The position numbers and the translations under genes are program-made. A stretch of 32,879 nucleotides of DNA from a virus (taxonomy: Duplodnaviria > Caudoviricetes): positions 1 through 32,879 of IMG/VR virus record IMGVR_UViG_3300030376_002780; one strand, given 5' to 3'. Position 1 is the stretch's first letter, and each line of letters begins with the position of its first letter. Positions 26,862-32,879 of the stretch are shown one piece after another. The notes below the pieces were generated by a model. That model saw only the letters and a program-made list of their open reading frames with translations. It did no database searches and was not told where the DNA came from.

Positions 26862-27080
26862 ATGAACGAAAAATTATATAAATATGGAGTGATATATCTT
26901 GGTACAGCCATTATGATGTTATCACCTTACTTTATAAATTCACATATAGGAAAGATAGGGATGTTAATTGGTTTAGCTCTACTTACTATTCAAACTCAAA
27001 AAACCAAACAATATAATTTATCCCTACTTAACATAGTAGGATTTTGTGGTTATTTATTCAGTTTATATCAATCACTATGA
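26862..27080 (+). CDS. Small 3-TM membrane protein (half-PnuC/SemiSWEET-like size and topology)
   Basis: GGAG SD; 72 aa with three hydrophobic segments; K.KQYNL.LLN between TM2 and TM3. Confidence 0.6.
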   Translation: MNEKLYKYGVIYLGTAIMMLSPYFINSHIGKIGMLIGLALLTIQTQKTKQYNLSLLNIVGFCGYLFSLYQSL

Positions 27081-27610
27081 GTAAATTAATAAATTTATTT
27101 GGAGGGCCTGGTATTGGAAAGTCCTCCATAGCCGCGGGAGTTTTTTACGAACTCAAAAGAAAACATATAAGTTGTAATAATCCATACGAGTTTCCAAAAA
27201 GACTAGCTTGGGATAATAATCTACCAGCTATAAAAGACCAACTCTATGTATGTGCTAATCAACATAGGGGAATAGCTGAATGTTATGGTAAGGTTGATTA
27301 CATAGTTGTAGATTCACCAGTCTTATTCTCATTAATATATAAGACATGGTATAGTAAAGGTTATCCAGCCGAGTTTTATTCAGAAGCCTTTAATCAAATG
27401 GTAATAGATTTACATAACAATTATGATAATATAAATGTTATGTTGGAACGACCAGAAACAAATCATAATGACGCTGAGAGATTTCAGAACTTAGAGGATT
27501 CAATCAAAATAGATAAACATTGTATCAAAACATTAGATGATAATAATATAGATTATCATACAATCAAAACGGATGATAATACCGTACAAAAAATTATTGA
27601 ATTATTATAA
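27077..27610 (+). CDS. P-loop kinase, NadR/Ttd14 (AAA_28)-like
   Basis: ATGA overlap start at 27077; INLFGGPGIGKSS, EFPK.LAW, DYIVVDSP, ERFQ. Confidence 0.78.
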   Translation: MSKLINLFGGPGIGKSSIAAGVFYELKRKHISCNNPYEFPKRLAWDNNLPAIKDQLYVCANQHRGIAECYGKVDYIVVDSPVLFSLIYKTWYSKGYPAEFYSEAFNQMVIDLHNNYDNINVMLERPETNHNDAERFQNLEDSIKIDKHCIKTLDDNNIDYHTIKTDDNTVQKIIELL

Positions 27611-27618
27611 AAAAACAC

Positions 27619-27648
27619 TTGACAAGTATAGGTTTTATTTCGTATATT
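27619..27648 (+). promoter_or_regulatory. Sigma70-type promoter upstream of DNA polymerase
   Basis: A-tract, TTGACA (27619-24), 18-nt spacer, TATATT (27643-48). Confidence 0.7.
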
Positions 27649-27677
27649 CTGTCATATCAAATTGGGAAATTATATAG

Positions 27678-30194
27678 TTGTATCAAAATATTTACTACGA
27701 TAGACGCTTAAATAAAATGCATGTGTGGGATGACAAAGCCGGTCATCTTACATTTCGATATAAAAAATATGCTTATGTAAAAGATAGGAGTGGTACATTT
27801 ATTTCATTATATGGAGACAGACTTCGTAGAGTAAATAAATGGGAGAATGACCAACCTGGTCTATTTGAATCTGACGTTAATCCTGAAATTAGAGTCTTAG
27901 TAGATAATTATACAGACTCGGAAGAACCATCTGTAGGACATCGTGTGATGATATTTGATATCGAGGTGGAAATTACCGATGGTTTTCCTGACCCAAAGAG
28001 AGCTGAAAATAAAATCACATCTATAGCTTTCAATGACCCAATCTTAAATCAATATTATTGTTATGTGTTGGATGAATCAAATAAACTTAATCTTGATTCG
28101 GATAGAACTACTAAAAATAAAGACGGTGATATTATTGTATCATACACTAACGAGTATGACTTACTCAATGCATTTTTTCAAAAGTATATAGAAATTAGAC
28201 CAACGATTTTAACTGGGTGGAACGTAGAATTTTTTGATATAAATTATCTATATAACAGAGCACAACAAGTCGTGGGTCAAGATATAGCTAACGTGATGTC
28301 TCCAATCGGTCAAGTCCAATGGAGTGATTTTAGTAAGAGATATAAAATAGCTGGGGTTAGTGTTTTAGATTATCTAGCTCTATATAAAGCATTTACATTT
28401 AGTCAACAGTCAAGTTACCGACTAGATTATATTGGTGAGGTTGAAGTAGGTGAAAGAAAGGTAGCTTATGAGGGGACACTTAATGATTTATATGAAAATG
28501 AGTTAGAAAAATTTGTAGAGTATAACTTACAAGACGTAAAATTAATTCAGAAGTTGGATGATAAACTTGACTTCATAGAAATAGCTCGTGGTCTAGCACA
28601 TCTAGGACATTGTACATACGAAGACGTATTTATGAGTTCAAGATATCTTGAGGGTGCTATACTAACTTATCTTAAAAAGAAGAGTATTGTAGCTCCGAAC
28701 AAACCACCAAGACCAGATAAATTAAGAAGTGATAAGTTTACTGGAGCTTATGTACAAGACCCAATAAAAGGTAAACACGATTGGGTTTATGATTTGGATA
28801 TTACATCGATGTATCCGTCTTGTATCATGTCTTTAAACATATCACCTGAAACTAAGATGGGTAAAATAGAGGGTTGGAACCCAGAAGAGTTTTTAAAAAA
28901 GGATAATAAAAAAACATACTCAATAACTAATGATGATAAAGTCATTAGTAGGTTATCAGAGACAGAACTTAAAAAGTTTTTAGAGGGTAAGAAACTTTCA
29001 GTAGCAACTAACGGTGTTATGTATCGTTCTGATAAAGATGGTTTACTCCCAGCTTTATTGAGAAAATGGTTCGATGAGAGGGTTGAATATCGTAAATTAG
29101 CTAAAAAGTTTCACGAGGAGGGTGATAAAGAAAAATCTGAGTACTTTGAACGTAGACAATATCTACAAAAGGTTGTACTCAATAGTTTGTATGGTGTGTT
29201 AGGTTTAGCTGTTTTTAGATTCTATGACTTAGATAACGCTGAAGCTACAACGTTGACTGGTCAATCACTTATTAAATTTACCAAAAAGATAGCTAACTCG
29301 TATTATAACAAAGAACTAAATGACCAAGAAAATCATTGTATTTATATTGATACTGATTCTGTTTTTTACTCAGCTACACCATTAGTGAGGAAAAGATTTC
29401 CAGAAGTTGATATAACAAATGAGGATACGATGTCCAAATCTATCCTTGAGATTGCAAGTGAAGTTCAAGAGTATTTAAATAAAGGATATGATTATTTCGC
29501 TAAGAAGTTTTGTAACTTAGATAAACATAGATTTGATATTAAACAAGAGGTTATTGCTAAGAGTGGTTTGTTTGTAACAAAGAAAAGATATGGATTAAAG
29601 ATTATCAATGACAATGGTAAGAAAGTTGATAAGATGATGGTCAAAGGTTTGGATACAGTTCGTAGTAGTTTCCCAACGGCTATGAAAGAGATGTTATCTA
29701 AATTGTTAGAAGATATGTTAATGAATGTCCCACAGAAAGAATTAGATAAGTTTATCATAAACTTTAAAGATAGTATGAAACTTATGGACTTTAAAAAAAT
29801 ATCAATACCAACTAGTGTAAAGGGAATAACAAAGTATCAAGTAAAAAATGGAGCTTTGTTTCAAGGATTTAAGTTGGGAACACCCATCCACGTTAAATCA
29901 GCTATATATTATAATGATTTTCTAAAGTATAATAAAATACCAGCTAGGTGGTCACAAATATTTAATGGTGAAAAAATAAGATGGGTATATCTAAAACAAA
30001 ATCCATTAAATTTAGATACAATAGCATACAAGGGACACGAAGACCCACCACTAGTTCTAAATTTTATCAGAAAATATATTAATCCAGAAAAACTTTACAA
30101 ACAAGTATTACATAAAAAAATTATGATGTTATATGAAGCTCTTGGTTGGGATGAACCAACAGATTCTTCAAAGACATTGGAAAGATTTTTTTGA
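27678..30194 (+). CDS. Family B DNA polymerase (gp43-like)
   Basis: Exonuclease motifs FDIEV, GWNVEFFD, YNLQD; polymerase motifs DITSMYPS, KVVLNSLYG, YIDTDS, KKRY; TTG start; C-terminal KTLERFF. Confidence 0.96.
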   Translation: MYQNIYYDRRLNKMHVWDDKAGHLTFRYKKYAYVKDRSGTFISLYGDRLRRVNKWENDQPGLFESDVNPEIRVLVDNYTDSEEPSVGHRVMIFDIEVEITDGFPDPKRAENKITSIAFNDPILNQYYCYVLDESNKLNLDSDRTTKNKDGDIIVSYTNEYDLLNAFFQKYIEIRPTILTGWNVEFFDINYLYNRAQQVVGQDIANVMSPIGQVQWSDFSKRYKIAGVSVLDYLALYKAFTFSQQSSYRLDYIGEVEVGERKVAYEGTLNDLYENELEKFVEYNLQDVKLIQKLDDKLDFIEIARGLAHLGHCTYEDVFMSSRYLEGAILTYLKKKSIVAPNKPPRPDKLRSDKFTGAYVQDPIKGKHDWVYDLDITSMYPSCIMSLNISPETKMGKIEGWNPEEFLKKDNKKTYSITNDDKVISRLSETELKKFLEGKKLSVATNGVMYRSDKDGLLPALLRKWFDERVEYRKLAKKFHEEGDKEKSEYFERRQYLQKVVLNSLYGVLGLAVFRFYDLDNAEATTLTGQSLIKFTKKIANSYYNKELNDQENHCIYIDTDSVFYSATPLVRKRFPEVDITNEDTMSKSILEIASEVQEYLNKGYDYFAKKFCNLDKHRFDIKQEVIAKSGLFVTKKRYGLKIINDNGKKVDKMMVKGLDTVRSSFPTAMKEMLSKLLEDMLMNVPQKELDKFIINFKDSMKLMDFKKISIPTSVKGITKYQVKNGALFQGFKLGTPIHVKSAIYYNDFLKYNKIPARWSQIFNGEKIRWVYLKQNPLNLDTIAYKGHEDPPLVLNFIRKYINPEKLYKQVLHKKIMMLYEALGWDEPTDSSKTLERFF

Positions 30195-30253
30195 TTTTGA
30201 ACAAACTAATATATATGTATATATGGTTATAAAAATAATAGGAGAAAGTTAAG

Positions 30254-30973
30254 ATGAATAAATCTAAACTAACTCGTTTCATCAGTAAGTATTACTTAGG
30301 TGGAACGGTAAATTCTGTAATTCTAAACTCTAAAAATGACAAACTATCCACAAGATTTATCTCTGGTGATAAGTCTTTATTAGGTGAGTTGTCTATGGAG
30401 AATTGGGATTTTGATGAGAGCGTAATTGGTGTTTACGATACTGAAAAACTATTGAGATTACTTCAAGTATTGGACGAGGATATCTCAATGAAAGTTACTA
30501 CGGCTGGAGAAAAATCTATATCACTAAAAGTTGGTGATGCCTCAACTTCGGTTACTTATATGTTGAGTGATACCACGGTTATAAATGACCCACCTAATAT
30601 GAAAGATGTTCCTGAGTTTCAGTTGAACATTAATCTAACACCACAATTTATGAAAAAGTTTTTAGCTGGTGACCAAGCTATTCAAGAGTCAGAAACTTTT
30701 ACAGTTATGTCCGATGGTGTTGATACTAGGGTTGTTATTAATTACGCTTCTGTAAATACAAACAGAGTCGATATTCCAGTAACAACATCTAAAGTATCTG
30801 GTATTAATAATGTTTCTTTCAAAGCAAAGTATTTTTCTGAGATATTAAGAGCTAATAGTGAGTGTTCAAGTGCAACACTTGAAGTTGCAGAGGATGGTTT
30901 ATCAAGACTTAAATTTAAGGTTGATGATTATACTGTAACTTACTATGTTGTAGCTGTACAAGATGTTGATTAG
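30254..30973 (+). CDS. Sliding clamp (gp45/PCNA-like)
   Basis: 239 aa, two beta-rich domains, acidic; lies between polymerase and clamp loader; AGGAG SD. Confidence 0.78.
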   Translation: MNKSKLTRFISKYYLGGTVNSVILNSKNDKLSTRFISGDKSLLGELSMENWDFDESVIGVYDTEKLLRLLQVLDEDISMKVTTAGEKSISLKVGDASTSVTYMLSDTTVINDPPNMKDVPEFQLNINLTPQFMKKFLAGDQAIQESETFTVMSDGVDTRVVINYASVNTNRVDIPVTTSKVSGINNVSFKAKYFSEILRANSECSSATLEVAEDGLSRLKFKVDDYTVTYYVVAVQDVD

Positions 30974-32357
30974 AAATCTAAGATTATTACATTATATATC
31001 ACCCGTTCGTTTTGATAAGAGAGGTGTATTTCAACATGAGTTTGACTCTAATTATAAGGTTGTAGAAAAGACAATATCATTCTTACCAGATTGTCACCAT
31101 TATGTTGTGGTTCCACCAAAACATACTATACCAGATAATCGAGAAAATGTAACTTTTATTAAGTATCCGTTTTCAAGAGATTTGTTAGCTAATAGGTCAT
31201 ACTTTGATGGTGTAACATTCAGAAATTTATTTGATTTTCGTTACATGGATTTCGACTTTGTATTCTGTCATCAACCTGAAATGTTATATAATATCTTGGT
31301 TTCTTTTAATGACAAAAGATATGGTCAGAATATGAATCGTTTCCTATTCTTTCATTGGGTTGATTGTACTCAGAGTAGAGCTTCAAGTGCAATACCACCA
31401 GCGTACATGAGACAATTAGAAGCTATTAATATGTGTGATAACGTATTCTTTCATACAGACATATCGTCGGATTGGTTAGGAAAGAATTATCGAAATCAAC
31501 AGAGTACGGAATTTAATCATCAGTTTATAAAGGATAAAACACAAACATTCCCAATATCAGCAGACAAACTACCTGATAGTGAACCATTTGATATTAAGTA
31601 TGATAATGTTTTAGTCTTTAATCACAGATGGGCTAAATCAACTGGTGTAAATCGTATGGTAGAATATATGGAGGGACTCGACGATTACAAAGTATGGGCT
31701 ACTGATTATCAAGCACCAAAAGAATATGTAGCGTCTAACTTAAACCGTGGTCAATACAGACACTTATTAGAAAATTCTTTGGGTAGTATGTCTTTTGTTG
31801 ATAGTTACGCTACTTGGAACTTATCAATACAAGATGGTCTATCTATAGATAAACCAGTATTGGTATACGACCAACCAGCTATGAGAAAAGTTGTCGGTGA
31901 TGATTACCCATTATTTTTCAAAACCAAAGATGAGTTTCATACACAAGTTAAAAAATTAAAAGAAATGAATAACTTTACTTGGGAAATACCTAATCATGAT
32001 AATAAGTTTGCTTACAATGTTATAAAATCAATGTCAAACATATTAGATAAACCAAGAAAACATATCCCAAAAGATGCTAGTAATTGGTTATACTGTATAC
32101 TAAATGGTATTAGATTTAAACATGATATAGCAAAACAAGTTCAACCAAACCTGCAATTAAATTCGGTATGGCAATATATTCGTAGATACTTATTAGAGAT
32201 AGGAATCAATGATAACACAAATAGTCCGTTTGTAAGTTATTCAATCCCAGACGATATTAGAGAAGATATAGAGAAGATGGTCAAGGATGTAGATTTAGAA
32301 TTACGACCAATGACCATAAAACAAAAAACATTTACAAAAAAACATGAATGGTTTTAA
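30963..32357 (+). CDS. GT-B fold glycosyltransferase (putative) with C-terminal extension
   Basis: FDFVFCHQPE, FFHW, CDNVFF, LVFNHR...TG, TWNLSIQDGLSIDKPVLV are GT4-like elements. Confidence 0.68.
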   Translation: MLIRNLRLLHYISPVRFDKRGVFQHEFDSNYKVVEKTISFLPDCHHYVVVPPKHTIPDNRENVTFIKYPFSRDLLANRSYFDGVTFRNLFDFRYMDFDFVFCHQPEMLYNILVSFNDKRYGQNMNRFLFFHWVDCTQSRASSAIPPAYMRQLEAINMCDNVFFHTDISSDWLGKNYRNQQSTEFNHQFIKDKTQTFPISADKLPDSEPFDIKYDNVLVFNHRWAKSTGVNRMVEYMEGLDDYKVWATDYQAPKEYVASNLNRGQYRHLLENSLGSMSFVDSYATWNLSIQDGLSIDKPVLVYDQPAMRKVVGDDYPLFFKTKDEFHTQVKKLKEMNNFTWEIPNHDNKFAYNVIKSMSNILDKPRKHIPKDASNWLYCILNGIRFKHDIAKQVQPNLQLNSVWQYIRRYLLEIGINDNTNSPFVSYSIPDDIREDIEKMVKDVDLELRPMTIKQKTFTKKHEWF

Positions 32358-32879
32358 ATGAAACAACACACACTTTTTGTAGAAAAATATAGACCAAATA
32401 CATTAGATAATTATATTGGTAATGAACACTTAAAAAGTAAGGTAGAACATTATCTTGAGAGTGGTGATTTACCTCATTTATTATTGTATGGAAAGGCTGG
32501 AACTGGTAAAACAACTCTAGCTAAATTATTAGTTAAAAATATAAATTGTGATTATCTTTATATAAATGCATCTGATGAAAATAGTGTAGATGTTGTTAGA
32601 GATAAAGTTAAACAATTTGCATCGACGATAGGTTTTAAAGATTTAAAGGTAATTATCTTAGATGAGTGTGATTACATTACACCAAATGCACAAGCGGCTC
32701 TTCGTAATCTTATGGAAACATTCTCAAAACATTGTAGGTTTATATTGACTTGTAATTATGTGGAAAGAATAATTGACCCAATACAATCAAGATGTCAATC
32801 ATTTCAGATTATACCACCAAGTAAAAAAGAAGTAGCTAAACATTTACATAATATTTTAGTTGAAGAAAATATTATAGAT
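32358..32879 (+). CDS. Clamp loader AAA+ subunit (gp44/RFC small); 3'-truncated, missing from the ORF track
   Basis: MKQHTLFVEKYRP, HLLLYGKAGTGKT, INASDE, ILDECD, AQAALR, FILTCN, IQSRC. Confidence 0.95.
   Translation, partial: MKQHTLFVEKYRPNTLDNYIGNEHLKSKVEHYLESGDLPHLLLYGKAGTGKTTLAKLLVKNINCDYLYINASDENSVDVVRDKVKQFASTIGFKDLKVIILDECDYITPNAQAALRNLMETFSKHCRFILTCNYVERIIDPIQSRCQSFQIIPPSKKEVAKHLHNILVEENIID

Noticed and set aside
5318-32514. Numerous minus-strand ORFs in the track (e.g. 5318-5839, 6480-7520, 10027-11208, 12304-12624, 23953-24222, 29492-29758)
   Set aside because: All lie antisense to well-supported + strand genes and have shadow-like composition with no motifs.
1-32879. CRISPR arrays, tRNAs, introns/inteins, DGR or reverse transcriptase, stop-codon reassignment
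   Set aside because: None seen; helicase, RNR, RecA and polymerase are uninterrupted and of normal length, and TAA, TAG and TGA all end genes.

Overview
AT-rich fragment of a large T4-like myovirus genome. All credible genes are on the + strand, in the standard genetic code. Bases 1-13173 are a virion tail module: the end of a tail fibre with an S74 chaperone domain, two paralogous coiled-coil proteins, sheath, tube, a gp26-like chaperone followed by a start-less gp51-like ORF apparently reached by a programmed frameshift, a short tape measure, and baseplate proteins. Bases 13204-32879 are a replication/nucleotide module: ThyX, a miniature divergent family-A polymerase, a PD-(D/E)xK-like nuclease, gp32 SSB, UvsX/RecA, a 5'-3' exonuclease, an MBD4-like glycosylase, helicase, class II (B12-dependent) RNR, family-B polymerase, sliding clamp, a GT-B glycosyltransferase and a clamp loader. 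The most unusual part sits between RNR and the polymerase: a full-length TonB-dependent receptor preceded by a clean H-type RNA pseudoknot and followed by a small membrane protein and a NadR-like P-loop kinase, which may be a phage-borne cofactor/vitamin uptake module. A recurrent ATA(T/C)TTAT promoter-like motif precedes most gene blocks, and GATC appears to be strongly avoided. All calls come from reading motifs by eye; no database searches or folding programs were run.
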